From NCBI GenBank assembly GCA_951406725.2, contig OX597822.1, positions 47,058,001 to 47,122,000 on the forward strand: a stretch of 64,000 bases of DNA, given 5' to 3'. Shown one piece after another: positions 1-13,717 of this stretch. The translations under genes and the position numbers were made by a program. The first letter of the stretch is position 1; the number at the start of each line of letters is the position of its first letter. Under the pieces are notes generated by a model. The model was not told the DNA's origin and did no database searches. It saw nothing but the letters and a program-made list of their open reading frames with translations. The DNA comes from Octopus vulgaris. Its lineage: Eukaryota.

Positions 1-37
1 GATTCTGTAATCAACCTGCTTTTTAGAATATTTGCGC

Positions 38-105
<68 letters not shown>

Positions 106-127
106 GTATACATAATTGTGAATCTAT

Positions 128-548
128 ACTCTTTTACTCTTTACTCTTTTACTTGTTTCAGTCATTTGACTGCGGCCATGCTGGAGCACCGCCTTTTAGT
201 CGAGCAAATCGACCCCAGGACTTATTCTTTGTAAGCCCAGTACTTATTCTATCGGTCTCTTTTGCCGAACCGCTAAGTGACAGGGACGTAAACACACCAG
301 CATCAGTTGTCAAGCAATGCTAGGGGGACAAACATAGACACACAAACATATACACACACACTTATATATATATATACATATATACGACAGGCTTCTTTCA
401 GTTTCCGTCTACCAAATCCACTCACAAGGTATTGGTCGGCCCGGGGCTATAGCAGAAGACACTTGCCCAAGATGCCACGCAGTAGGACTGAACCCGGAAC
501 CATGTGGTTGGTTAGCAAACTACTTACCACACAGCCACTCCTGCGCCT
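128..548 (-). mobile_element. tRNA-derived SINE, family A, full length
   Basis: Minus strand starts AGGCGCAGGAGTGGCTGTGTGG (A box) ... GGTTCAGTCC (B box), has an internal (TA/TG)n tract and a GAAACAAGTAAAAGAG tail; many copies in the window. Confidence 0.9.
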
Positions 549-618
549 ATTCATACATACGTTTATATAAATGCGCTGGTGTGTATGTATAGGTATGTGT
601 ATAAGATAAAAGTACGCA

Positions 619-660
<42 letters not shown>

Positions 661-854
661 TGACAAATAGAATAAGAGATGTCCCTTCTCCCCCAAACAA
701 AAAAAGACAGAGAGAGAGAGAGAGATTCTTATACAGATTGCTAGACACATACTCTCTCTCTTTCTATATGTAAATGTGCGCGAGTGTGAGCGCACGCGCT
801 GTCCAAAAGAAGGACGACACTATTTTGAATTCCTTTCCTAGATACAGCTGTGCG

Positions 855-960
855 GTTAAGATACTTGCTTTACAGTCACATATTTTTGAGTTCGTCCCCT
901 TGAGCAAGTGACTTCTATAGCCCCGGGATGACCGAAGCCCGTCGTATATATATATGCATT

Positions 961-1013
<53 letters not shown>

Positions 1014-1205
1014 GTATTTGTCCTCTCTCCCATTGTTTGACAGCCGACGTTAGTTTGTTTGCATTCTCGTAACTGAGCGATTCGGCGAAAGTGGCCAATA
1101 GTTTAAGTACCAAACTTTAAAATTTCGATATGTTCGACTAAAACCCGCCAAGGCGGTGCCCCAGCATGGCCGTAGTCCAGTGGCTGAAACAAGTAAAATA
1201 TGAAA
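855..1205 (+). mobile_element. Degenerate family A SINE
   Basis: gagttcgtcccttgagcaag, (TG)n, ggcggtgccccagcatggcc and gaaacaagtaaaa tail. Confidence 0.7.
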
Positions 1206-1424
1206 GATAATGGCAATCTTAAATATGTCTAATTTATAATAGCATCAAAATGACATATAAAACATATGTAACAGACAAAAAAAAATGTTTGGTTTTCCTC
1301 TTGTATGTTAGTCTCCATGTCTGCTCTTTCCATTTAGTCAAAACATTCAGTTGCATTTCTCCTTCTCTATGCTTTTTGCTCTTCTCTTTCCTCTCCTCTC
1401 AATGCACCTCTATTTCATTTCTGA

Positions 1425-1504
<80 letters not shown>

Positions 1505-1849
1505 CCTCTCTCTTTCTCTCTCTCTTCTCTCTCGCTCTTTCTCCCTCTCTCTTTCTCTCTCTCTCTCACACACACGCATTCTCTCTCTCTTTCACGCTCT
1601 CTCTCACACACACATTCTCTCTCTCACTCTCTCTCTCTCACACACACACGCGCACACTCACACACATATACACGTACATACACACATACCCACACAAGCA
1701 TATATATATGTACACACACGCACACACATACATACACACAGCCATATACAGGTAAATATTTTCATTCTTGTTTAACCGTACACACAAAAGTGCATCCACA
1801 GATTACTTACATACATAAATACACGCACACATAAACAAAATTCAACACA

Positions 1850-2250
1850 GTCGACTCCATTGAGAATGATGTGTCGAAAATATTGATGGAACTAAAAATT
1901 AAAACAGCCACCACGTTAAAATACAACCGGCGAAATATTCTTTATGGAGGACCACATGACAAAATATGATCCGTTGTCGAAATCATTTGCCCTCTTGGCA
2001 TCGGATTGGTTAGAAAAATATGGGATAAAAATTCGTCTATGGACCTTGATAAGAAGTTTGCAAATCTCAAACTGGATTTGCAAAATCTCACCCCTTATTA
2101 TTGGAACAACAGGATATAGAGCAAAGAATGGCTGAATTTGTGTTCTTGAGGAGAGACTGCAAGTCCTTGGCTCATATGCTATAAATGATCACGGTACCTA
2201 GAACAATAAAAATCTGCAAAACCTAAAGATTTAAAAGGTGATGTACAAAA
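1850..2250 (+). pseudogene. Decayed C-terminal restriction-like endonuclease (RLE) domain of an R2/R4-type non-LTR retrotransposon
   Basis: IKTATTLKYNRRNIL (cf. HNRPDI motif) and PLIIGTTGY; homologous to 46595-46815. Confidence 0.55.
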
Positions 2251-2432
2251 CAAGAGGCTTTCCTTCCTACATAGGCGTGTGTGTGTATTTGCGCGTGTGT
2301 GTGTGTCTGAGTGCGCGTACGCATGTTGCCTGTTCCTCTTCTTAATTCAGAGTTAATTTTCACTGGGCCCCTGCTTGGTAGCAAGGTTACTCTTTTACTC
2401 TTTTACTTATACCCACACACTTACACACACGC

Positions 2433-2471
<39 letters not shown>

Positions 2472-2659
2472 CACACACACATAGAAACATACATAGATTT
2501 AAGAAGAATATGTACTGGTGTGGATTTGTTCCACTAAAACTCTTCAAGGCGGTGCCCCAGTTTGGCCACAGTCCAATGACCGAATCACGTAAAAGAAAAT
2601 AAAAGAAGACAATTTGCAAACCCAGCGACCTCTAAAAGAAATCCGCGTGAAAAATATTC

Positions 2660-3041
2660 TTTTCTACTCTAGGCACAAGGCCCGAAATTTTGGGGGAGGG
2701 GTCCACTCGATTAGATCGACCCCAGTACTCAACTGGTACTTAATTTATCGACTCCGGAAGGATGAAAGGCAAAGTCGACCTCGGCGGAATTTGAACTCAG
2801 AACATGAAGACAGACGAAATACCTATTTCTTTACTACCTACAAGGGTAAACACAGAGAGGACAAACAAGGACAGACAAACGGATTAAGTCGATTATATCG
2901 ACCCCAGTGCGTAACTGGTACTTAATTTATCGACCCCGAAAGGATGAAAGGCAAAGTCGACCTCGGCGGAATTTGAACTCAGACGAAATACGGCTACGCA
3001 TTTCGCCCGGCGTGCTAATGTTTCTGCCAGCTCGCCGCCTT
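2660..3041 (-). mobile_element. tRNA-derived SINE, family B, dimeric
   Basis: Head GGCGGCGAGCTGGCAGAA..GAGTTCAAATTCC and central GCCTTTCATCCTTTCGGGGTCGATAAA domain present twice. Confidence 0.85.
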
Positions 3042-3097
3042 TCGCGTAAAAAATATTATCTAAGTTAGTCTTAGCATATTTAATTCAGGGATCACGT

Positions 3098-3420
3098 GAA
3101 GATGCGTGGCTTAGTGGTTAAGGTATTCAGCTAACGATCGTATGGCTGCGAGTTCGATACCCGTCGGTGCGTTGTGTACTTGAGCAAGACACTTTATTTC
3201 ACTTTGCCCCCGTCCAATCAACTGGTAAAAACGCGTAGTAGCTGTATTTAAAAGGGCCAACATTGTCACATTCTGTGTCACGCTGAATCTCCCTGAGAAC
3301 TACGTTAAAGGCAGGCACATCTGTGGAATGCTCAGCCACTTGCACGTTAATTTCACGAGCAGACCGTTCCGTTGATCGGATCAACTGGAACCCTCATCGC
3401 CGTAACCGACGGAGTACCAC
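3098..3420 (+). mobile_element. tRNA-derived SINE with CORE-like centre and family C tail
   Basis: A/B boxes (tggcttagtgg, gagttcgatacc), ttgagcaagacactttatttcac, tail ...cgtaaccgacggagt. Confidence 0.8.
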
Positions 3421-3489
3421 CAATGCAGGGACCATAAAAAACACTAACTAAAAGGCTGAAGACAAGTACCATTTCTAACTAAAAAAATA

Positions 3490-4034
3490 TTGGGTTGTCC
3501 GGAAAGTTCGTGCCGATTTTTAAAGGAAAGAAAAAGGTCAATAAATATTTGCCATTACATTTTTAATCAACCAAATATGAACCATTTTGTTGCAGAATGC
3601 ATCTCCATCTTTCCTTTAACTTGAAAACACCCTCTTCCCAGAATCGAGGTGGTTTCATGGCAAATAATTCATCAAGGTATCTTTTTACGTCATTCAAGGA
3701 ATTGAAATTTTTACCATTAAAACTATTCTGCAGAGACCTGAATAAGTGGAATATCTGGTGAATATGGAGGGTGGGGGTAACACATCCCAGCCGAGCTGCA
3801 GCAATTTTTGTCTGGTTCCCAAAGCATCAAATGCCGAAAATGAACTTTCTTATCTTCCATTTTAAAGGGTTACAGAAGGTTATAGGAACATAAACCTTCT
3901 TCCACGAAAAAATAGCTTAAACTGTGCTCTAAATGGAGGTGTAGTAAAATCCTATTTTATGGACTCAACCATGTTCTAAAATAAGTCGAAAGGTAAGCTA
4001 CTATAAGTCGGCATGAACTTTCCGGACAACTCAA
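3490..4034 (-). mobile_element. Internally deleted mariner (Tc1/mariner) element
   Basis: ~30-bp TIRs TTGGGTTGTCCGGAAAGTTCGTGCCGA / TCGGCATGAACTTTCCGGACAACTCAA with TA on both sides; minus strand encodes HPPYSPDI..HLFRSLQN..KERW, the mariner transposase C-terminus. Confidence 0.9.
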
Positions 4035-4961
4035 TATATCTGTGCTTTTTTCTTTTTCTTTTCTTTTTTTCTTTTTTTTTCTTCTTTTATCCCTATTGAT
4101 TGAAATATAAAATTACAGTTTGCTTCCACGTAATTCTTTCACCTTGATATTTCACCACATAGAGACAAAGCGAACAACACAACTCTGCTCGTATATACAA
4201 GCATAACTAATTGTTATGTAATCGTTACAGAAGCAGACAGAAATCTCAGAATGCAACACACTTTTACACCAAACCAACGACCCATCAACACTTCAAAGAA
4301 CCCAATATGCCTGAACTGATGCAATGTTGTCCTGAATCCAGTGAGAACAATAGCAATTTCGTTCTTCGATTCAAAATCCTGCGGCCTAACACAGCCAGAA
4401 AGCTTGCTGTCAGATTTGGTAAACTCCCAACCGGATGTTACACGAATCCAAAACCACATGACCATAGAGATGTAAGACACACTATCATTCATTCTGAATG
4501 TTTGTTCAATCATCTTTAATCTTATTTAGTCTGTCACACTAATTTTATCATTTTCTTATCAAGGGAAGCTTCTGATATATTTATTGCTCGTGCCCACACG
4601 AGAGAAAATACTTGATCGTTCATCTATGGGCTTCACCGTGATTATATAAACGCTACGACCTTCCACAATCATAAGCTGAGAGTTCAGCTAAATTTGGCCA
4701 TACTAAACCATTCACACATAAACATACAAACCCATATCCGTCATCATCATCATACATTCTGAGCTTAATTCCCACCGAGGTCAACTTTGCCCTTAATCGT
4801 CATCTGAAGGTCGATAAAATAAAGTACCATTAAAGTAGCGGACTCGGTAGTATCGATATATAACCCCTTCCCTCAAAGCTGCAAGAATTGTGCCAAAATT
4901 AGGAACCATTAAGAGTGGTAGTGCGTCACTACTACCACCATCACTACCACCACCTCTACCC

Positions 4962-5022
<61 letters not shown>

Positions 5023-5689
5023 AACTACTACTACAGCTATCATTATCATTACCACTACTAATACTACTACTACCACCATTATTACTGCTATTGCCACCGC
5101 CACGAACACCACCATCTCACTACAACTACTACTACTACTATTACTGCTGCTGCTGCTACTGTTGCTGCTATAGAAAGCCGCAACACTATTTTTGATTTCA
5201 TAAAAAATATTTCATTATCACTTCACATGCATTGTTTTTGAGGGGAGATTTTTGTTGTTTTTTGTGTTTGTTTCTATTAGTAAATCTTTTATCGCTTATA
5301 ATTTGTACTTTTCCTTTATCTATCCACACCTCTGTATCAAGCTCACTCATTAAATACTTCGTTTTGCTTTCGTTTTTCTTTTTTTTTTTGGAAACTATAG
5401 GCGCCAAACAAACTGAGCTTTGAAACAAAATGGCGTACTTTTAGCGATAATCACCGAGAAATGTATTGTTTTCTCACCTCTCAATACTGTTTATTGATTT
5501 GCATTCAAGAAAACTCGGCCTTCATTTATCATTCCAGCTTCCGCCAATCAAAGATCTTCAACTTCCGGAATTCGTGACGTCGTGCCGACAGCGGGAACCT
5601 AGCACAAAACCAGCAGCTGATCGTATTTATAGCGGCCAGCGTGCGTGACTTCCATTGCTTATTATGTCTATCTACCGCTTTATCTAGTA

Positions 5690-5692
5690 ACA

Positions 5693-5764
<72 letters not shown>

Positions 5765-5791
5765 GTCTGTCTGTCTGTCTGTCTGTCTATA

Positions 5792-5825
<34 letters not shown>

Positions 5826-6110
5826 CCTGTCTCTCGATCGATCGATCGACTCTATCCGTCTATCCCTCTACTTACCTACTAATCAATCTTTCTGTCTATT
5901 TATCTATGTTTCTCTGTCTGCCTGTTTATCTATATATCTATCTATATCTATTCATCTATCTGTTTTGTCTATTTCTCTGTCTATCTATCTGTCTGTATGT
6001 ATGTATTATGTATATCTGTTTGTCTGTATGTATGTCTATCTATTCATCTAATTACCTATATGTTTGTCTATGTGTCTGTCTTTATATATCTCTCTCTCTC
6101 TCTCTCTCTT

Positions 6111-6155
<45 letters not shown>

Positions 6156-6265
6156 TTATTTATCTATGTCTTTCTGTCTGTCTATCTAGCCATCTATATA
6201 TTTATCTGTCTCCTGTCCGCCTCTATTTACCTACTTACCTTCCCATCTACCAGCCAATCTGTCTG

Positions 6266-6352
<87 letters not shown>
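5690..6352. repeat. Compound (TATC)n/(TGTC)n microsatellite
   Basis: Direct reading. Confidence 0.95.
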
Positions 6353-6353
<1 letters not shown>

Positions 6354-6743
6354 ACTGATTCTCCTTTCCTTTTCGTTTTATATGTATAAAAACTCATGCG
6401 TGCGTATGTTATATGCATGCACTAATGTGTGAGTGTGTGTGTGTGTGGTGTATGTTCTGCTAAAAGGATTTCTACCAAGTTTACGAAACTCTCTTTCTCT
6501 CTCTGCTTCTCTGACATGATGTACTTCTGCCAAAAAAACGAAAACGAAAACCCCCTCCGCATATGCTTGCAGTTTTATATCCAACTCTATTTTGTAGACA
6601 CAAAGCAAAATTTTTGCAAAATCACATCCTTTCCACTCTGCATGGTCCATCACCATGTGTAGTACGAAAACACCTCCAGTTGCTCCAAATCAACAAGGCC
6701 ATCGGCTTTGGCATTCTCCTTTTCATTATCTGCAAATGTGGAA

Positions 6744-7092
6744 GCACTCCGTCGGTTACGACGACGAGGGTTCCGGAACAGCCTGCTCGTGAAATTAACG
6801 TGTAAGTGGCTGAGCACTCTACAGACACGTGTACCCTTAACGTAGTTCTCGGGGATATTCAGCGTGACACAGAGAGTGACAAGGCCGGCCCTTTGAAATA
6901 CAGGTACAACAGAAACAGGAAGTAAGAGTGAGAGAAAGAGTACAGCCGGGATCACCACCATCCCTGCCGGAGCATCGTGGAGCTTTAGGTGTTTTCGTTC
7001 AATAAACACTCACAACGCCCGGTCTGGGAATCGAAACCGCGATCCTACGACCGCGAGTCCGCTGCCCTAACCACTGGGCCATTGCGCCTCCA
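6744..7092 (-). mobile_element. tRNA-derived SINE, family C
   Basis: Head GGAGGCGCAATGGCCCAGTGGTTAGGGCAGCGGACTCGCGGTCG..GGTTTCGATTCCC; tail ...GTAACCGACGGAGTGC. Confidence 0.9.
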
Positions 7093-7170
7093 CTATCTGC
7101 AAATACTGTGTGCCAGAGGTAGCCATATTTTTACTATCTCGTCGTCGTTATCGTTGCTATTATTATTATT

Positions 7171-7250
<80 letters not shown>

Positions 7251-7360
7251 CATCATCATCATCATTATTATTTACGATAGTATACGGACATTTCAGATAC
7301 TCTCCTTCATTGCATCTCTTGTTTTGACTACATGCATGTGTGTGTGTGTGTATGTGCATT

Positions 7361-7466
<106 letters not shown>

Positions 7467-7651
7467 CCGTTTGATGTAGGTTTCAAGTTGAGGGAACCGA
7501 TAAAATTTGATGGTGCAGAAGGCAAAAATGTGAATCGGTTTTCCACGCGAAAATCTCCAGAATCAAAATGGGACAGATCGCTGTGTCTGAAGAAAGATCC
7601 TTATCGCTTCAGATACCCAGCTTTTACAGTAAGTCCGGTTCATAGATGAAC

Positions 7652-7747
<96 letters not shown>

Positions 7748-7963
7748 TGTGTGTGTGTAAGTGAGAGAGCTAGTGTGAGTGCTATATGTGTATGTGCGTC
7801 GTATGTAGTGTTGTGCATATGTATGTATGAGTGAGTTTATGTGTGTGTGAGAGAGAAAGTGTGTGTCTGAGTGTTTGTGTGTGACTTTTGCAAGCGTGTG
7901 TGTATGTGCACGTGTGTGTCTTGTATGTGTGTCTGTGTGTGTGTACTATGTACGATATTAGCA

Positions 7964-8547
7964 AACATGCAGTACACCGTCGTAAAAAGTGAAAGTAAAT
8001 TGTCCTAAAAAAAAATGAAATTAAATGACGATATAAACCGGAAGTGACGACATATATATTTAAAATTTTAAAATACCATAAAGTACTTCCTCATTATGTC
8101 ACGTCCGCCGGCAACCTACATGTATATTACATTCTGGTGATGTCTCAAATATTTCAGAAACCCCAGCGTCGTTCTAGCGAACTTGCAGCCTGCAACGAAC
8201 ACTATGCGAAGGCTATTCATTGGCTTGCATGTCGAAGCATAATAGCCAACACAGTCGCATGTGAGCGATACAATAATCCAGGATGATTAATGAGTTATTG
8301 AGAAAGAACCGATAGGAAGCAATGGCGTTGTTCCTGTAGATTCACTCTATAACACGAGCCATTTATTTTTGGGGGGAACTGCCATTTGACTCTACCAAAA
8401 TTAAATCAATAATCTGATTAGCGTACATGTGAGTAAAAGACTGTCCACAGAACGAAATGATTTTCACTTCCGATTTCGATTGCAATTTACTTTAATTTTT
8501 TTAATGACAATTTACTTTCACCATTTTACGACAGTAAACTGCATGTT
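7964..8547. mobile_element. Non-autonomous DNA transposon (MITE) with ~85-bp imperfect TIRs
   Basis: aacatgcagtacaccgtcgtaaaaagtgaaagtaaattgtc vs gacaatttactttcaccattttacgacagtaaactgcatgtt. Confidence 0.75.
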
Positions 8548-8643
8548 AACCCTGCATATATTCTTCTTTCTCCTAGTATAATCCCAGCGACCTCTGCGAA
8601 CACATTTCGTCAATGTTGACAGTAGAGAAAGAAACAGATTATG

Positions 8644-8970
8644 GCACTCCGTCGGTTACGACGACGAGGGTTCCAGTTGATCCGATCAACGGAGCAGCCT
8701 GCTCGTGAAATTAACGTGCAAGTGGCTGGGGAGATTTAGTGTGACACAGAGTGTGTGACATGGTTAGCCCCTTTGAAATACAGGTACAACAGAAACAGGA
8801 AGAAAGAGTGAGAGAAAGTTGTGGTGAAAGTGTACAGCATGGTTCGCCACCATCCCCTGCGGGAGCATCGTGGAGCTTCTAGGTGTTTTCACTCAATAAA
8901 GACTCACAACGGAACCGCGATCCCACGACAGCGAGTCCGCTGCCCTAACCACTGGGCCATTGCGCCTCCA
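8644..8970 (-). mobile_element. Family C SINE
   Basis: Homologous to 6744-7092 with internal deletions. Confidence 0.85.
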
Positions 8971-9199
8971 AGAGAAAGCGATAGACACTGTGGGTATATG
9001 TCAACTTGACAGTTAAGTCTGGTGATTAGATGTTGACTTCACAGTTACGCTGTGTCTGGATGTGAACTGCATAGATAAACACAACGTTCGAACGTTGAGT
9101 TGATATCTAGACACAATGTATAGATATGGACTAGATAGATACACTGTGCAGATGTTCTAAGTGATGTCTACGTGATGGCTGTACAGAAGCAATGTACAT

Positions 9200-9630
9200 G
9201 GCTATGTGGTTGAGAAGCTCACTACGCGCTTTCGGGTTCAATCCCACTGCACGTATATCTAATACAGCTGAATTAGATACGTATATTTAATACAGTCCCT
9301 GGATCGAATCATGCCTTGTCAGCGGATTCAGAACATGGAGACTACTGCGTGAAAGCCCGTAGAATGTGTGTGTGCGCGCGCGCACGTGCGTGCGTGCGTG
9401 TGTGTGAGTGTGTGTGTATGTGTATATGTATACATGTATGTGTTTGCTTTTGTGTTTGTCCTTCACCACCCCTAAGGATTTGTTTACGTCCTCATCACTT
9501 AGCGGTTGAGCAAAAGAGAGCCATATGAATAAATGCCAGACTTTAAATGATAAGTACTGGGGTCGATCAAAACCCTTCAAAGAGGTGCCCCTAAATGGAC
9601 GCAGTCCAATTACTGAAACAAGATAGAAAA
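9200..9630 (+). mobile_element. Degenerate, rearranged family A SINE
   Basis: tggctatgtggt head, cttagcggtt body, gaaacaag tail; middle segment appears inverted. Confidence 0.6.
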
Positions 9631-9954
9631 AAGATTAGTATATTGGTGTGAACCGGACACAGCGCCCACTGGATTGACATAGGGTGCAGATGTTGACTGG
9701 ATTTCAACCCTTTTTTTTTTACTATGGACCCCTTTGGTTTCTATTTTACCCCTATGTTTAAAAAATCTTATTATATTTCTATAATTAAATATTAAGCACT
9801 GTATTTAAAAAGTTCAAATGTTTTGTATATTGTCGATAAATTTTCACAACAAAATCTTTTATAGACCCAGAAGGGCCATGTAGACCCTGGTTGAGAACCA
9901 CTGGGATAGCCACAGTGTGTAGATGTTGATTAAGTATTATCATCAATCAACAAG

Positions 9955-10408
9955 TTCCTTTCACCGATGTAACCAGTCGTACGAGAGAGGCGGGGGAACT
10001 CTAGACGCTTTTGCATTCAGCTGTCGCCAATGGTTTCTGTTTTCTGTCATGCGTAGCAGGGTTACGGTGCTGTGACCTGTCCAGCCTTTGATGTTGTCAG
10101 ACCAAGATTTTCTCTGTCTGCCTCCCTTCCGCCTTCCTTTAACTGTACTCTGAGGAATGGTTTTCGATAAGAAGCTGTGGTGGGATACGCGACCGTATCA
10201 GGCAAGCTTTCATCTTTTTATCGGAGCAAGGAGGTGGTTCATGTCTGCCAGCGTATTTGTTGACCTTGCTGCTTGACAAAGCTGTTTGTTTTCTGCTCTG
10301 TGATTTGGGATATATGGCAGCCTCCTGAAGCACTTGTGCTCAAATACCTGCGTACTTCCCTCCATGTCAGCAGTAAAACTCCACATATCTCACATCCAGA
10401 TAGCAGGA

Positions 10409-10410
<2 letters not shown>
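9955..10410 (-). pseudogene. RTE-clade LINE 3' fragment
   Basis: Minus translation KLA*YGRVSHH..KTIPQSTVKGRRKGGRQRKSWSDNIKGWTG, typical RTE ORF C-terminus. Confidence 0.75.
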
Positions 10411-10453
<43 letters not shown>

Positions 10454-10713
10454 CAATTGCAGCGTGGAAGGTGTTTGTAAGCCATTTAGAAACCGACAAA
10501 AGCCGTTCGATTCACTTCAACATTTAAGTTTAATTTGTCAAAATATTTTCGTCGCTAAAATCCGTGCTGCATCTGAGAAAGTAACAGTTAGTTCGTCATA
10601 TATATGTGCGTATGTATGTGTGTATGCATGCATACACGCATGTATGCATGTATGTATGTATGTATGTATGTATGTATGTATGTATGTATGTATGTATGTA
10701 TGTATGTATGTAC

Positions 10714-10768
<55 letters not shown>

Positions 10769-11184
10769 ATTACAAAAATATATATTTCCTCTTATAAACG
10801 CAGCGTCACCGGCGCCTTGATCGAACTGCTCACAGTGCTCTCTTCGATAGAATACAGATGCGGTTCTTAGAGAAATTGCGGAGCTGATTTGGAGACGATT
10901 GAGTCCAAATTCCTAAGATGTTCCAGTTTAACTTCATTCTTGACCAATTACTTTCCTTTATTCTTGCTGTTGTCAATTTCCTGTTGTTATGAATAAACAT
11001 TGTCATACTATATTGTTCCATTAGTCTTGTAGTTATTGTGCGAGTGTCATGTTTTCTATTTCAGCGGTTCCCAACCTTTTTTGCACCACGGACAGGATTC
11101 ATGTAAGATAATGTTTCCATATTCTGATCATGCTGCGCATAACACAGACACAATAAAATGCATGAAATACAATTTCCTTATTAC

Positions 11185-11455
11185 GTATATTAAGGGTAGA
11201 AGTAAAGGGCCTCTTCGGTCATGAATGACATGGGATTACACCTAGAAACCTCCCCACCGAGGCCCAAGTCCGAGCAAGGTTGTTTTATGGAAAACAAGCA
11301 ATCGCTTATGTATACCAGTCTCCCCTCTCCATGCCACCGATGTTGGGAAAGGCAAAGGCTGATAGAGCTTGGCACCAGTGACGTAAACAGGAGCAACTGT
11401 GCAGCCGAATACCAAATGAACCACAGCCCTGTAATTGGGGATCCTTGCTGTATAC
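11185..11455 (-). mobile_element. SINE/LINE tail fragment related to 39060-39385
   Basis: Shared caagtccg(a/g)gcaaggttgttt...ataccag..cctctcca.gccacc block. Confidence 0.6.
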
Positions 11456-12981
11456 CATAGTCTGGGTAGCTAAGAAGTTCGCTTTCCAGCCATATGGTTT
11501 TGTGTTCAATTCCACTGCGCGACACCTTAGGCAAATGTCCTCTTATAGCCTCAGACCGTCAAATGCCTGAGCTTGCAGCAAAATCGCCCACAAATACTAC
11601 CCTGCTGTCTTCAAAGCTGGTTTAACAGACAAGATAAACTAAAGCTGGATATAAACCATAGCCATCTCTCGTAAGTGGGTATGTCTTGGTAGGATGTATC
11701 ATGCTTTTGTTAATTACTTTAGGTGCCTGTGTAGTCGCGATCAGGCATAAACACCCTCTTCACCTTCCAATGCTGGAAGATGTGACAGCTTGAGGGAAAG
11801 AGGGCTGCCCCAGCCTAGGATGATATTAATTTTCAGCTGAATAGACTAGGACAACGGAGAATGAAGTGCCTTGTTCACGGACGTCACACCCTACCAGGTC
11901 CATGAATCGAACCCACGACGTTAAGATTGTGAGTTCAACACACTAATATGCCACGAGCCTTCACATAATTCTGAATATAATAAATTCGAATTATGCAGTA
12001 GAAACAGTTCCATAATGGAAACATTATCTGTACAACATATTTCATGTTTGTGTTTTGTTTGAACGCCAAAAGCCACGGAAAACGCCCCTTTAAAGCATGT
12101 AGTATTAAAAGATACAATATACTTCAGAGCTAGGCGGAGGACGATTTCGTACACGACATTAAAAGGAATTTTTCCAAGTGGCAAAAACACAGTTCCTGGC
12201 GTTTACACAACTTTTATATCCTTGTATTAGATATACAATATAACGAAGCGGGGTGGAGGAGTATATACGCGATGCACTCCTATTACACGAGACACGCTCT
12301 ATATCAAAGGTTTACAGTGAACTGCTACCAACCCGAAGTCCAAATCATTCACAGTTCTTTGCTTTATAATAATGAGACAGTCCACCTATAGTCACCTGTG
12401 GAGTGGTTGGAATTCTTCCACAACAACAACACACGTTAAAGTATGTAGTATATAAAAGAGTGTGCGTGTGTATGTGTGTGTGTGTGTGTGTGCGTGCGTG
12501 TGTGTGTGTGCGCGCGTGTTCTTTATGTATTCCAAAACCGAGTTGCCGATCTTGACGTATCGAGTATCAAAAGATTCAGTAAGCTTTTGCTTACCAACTA
12601 AACTATATTTTCATTCACATATTTGCATTACAAAAATTTAACATTATAATAATGAATATAACATGCCCTCAAAGAAGACAGGATGATCATAACGAGATTG
12701 TCGGCTGAATGCTGTGTACTTGGCACACGGAGTTATTTCTGACGACGAAAGTGAATGCGGTCAGAGAGCAACAGTGTCTACAAAACTGGTGTCGTTCGAC
12801 TAAGGGCGAATTAAATTAAGCTGGCGTGTGTGGAAGTGAAGCCTTACGGTAGGAACATATATATATATATTCAGTAATCGCTGTGCATTCAAAGCAATGA
12901 ATAATTTTACGAAACCGGTATGCATTTAACTGTCTTTAACAATTCCCAATAATGACTTTTATTACTTTTATTCCTACCTCA

Positions 12982-13717
12982 GTAACTTAGCGGTTCACCA
13001 ATCGAGCTCGATAAAATAACTTACCGTTTCGCCAAAGGTGATCGATAAAATAACTTAGAGGTTCGCTAAAGGAAATTGATAAAATAACTTGGCGGTTCGC
13101 CAAAGTAGATCGATAAAAAACTTAGCGGTTCGCCAAAAGAGAAAGATAAAATAACTTAGTGGTTCGCCAATCGAGATCGTTCGCCAAAGAAAATCGAAAA
13201 ATAACTTAGCAGTTCATTAATCGAGATCGATAAATTAACTTAGCGGTTCGCCAAGGAAGTTCGACGAAGTAATTTAGCGGTTCATCAATCGAGATCGATA
13301 AAATAACTAAGCGTTTCGCCAAAAGAGATCGATAAAATAACTTAGCGGTTCGCGAAAGGAGATCGATACAGTAATTAGTGCTTTGCCAATCGATATCGAT
13401 AAAATAACTTAGCGGTTCACCACTTGTGATCGATAAAATAACATAGCGTTTCGCCAAAGGAGTTCGAGAATGTAACCGAGCGGTTCGACAATCGAGATCG
13501 ATAAAATAACTTAGCGGTTCGCCAAAGGAGATCGATAAAATACCTTAACGGTTCGTCAATCGAGATCGATAAAATAACTTAGCGGTTCGCCAAAGGTGAT
13601 CCATAAAATAACTTAGAGGTTTGCCAAAGGATATCGATAAAATAACATAGCGTTTCGCGAAAGGATATCGATAAAATAACTTAGCCGTTCGCCAAAGGAT
13701 ATCGATAAAATAACTTA
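12982..13717 (+). repeat. ~34-bp minisatellite (~21-22 units) derived from family A SINE body
   Basis: Unit AATAACTTAGCGGTTCGCCAAAGGAGATCGATAA vs SINE A GTAACTTAGCGGTTCGGCAAAAGAGACCGATAGAAT. Confidence 0.9.

Noticed and set aside
4211-4519. Overlapping ~100-aa ORFs in non-repetitive sequence as a host exon
   Set aside because: No recognisable domain or splice support
7000-7092. tRNA gene
   Set aside because: The tRNA-like head continues into a SINE body and occurs in multiple diverged copies
7540-7600. GAAAATCT...AGATC...CTGAAGA type II-like hammerhead
   Set aside because: Stems I and II cannot form convincingly
10490-10590. Possible hammerhead (minus GCGACGAAAATATTTTGACA)
   Set aside because: No recognisable CUGANGA box remains
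12982-13717. CRISPR-like regular ~34-bp spacing
   Set aside because: Units are contiguous with no unique spacers, there are no cas genes, and the unit derives from a SINE
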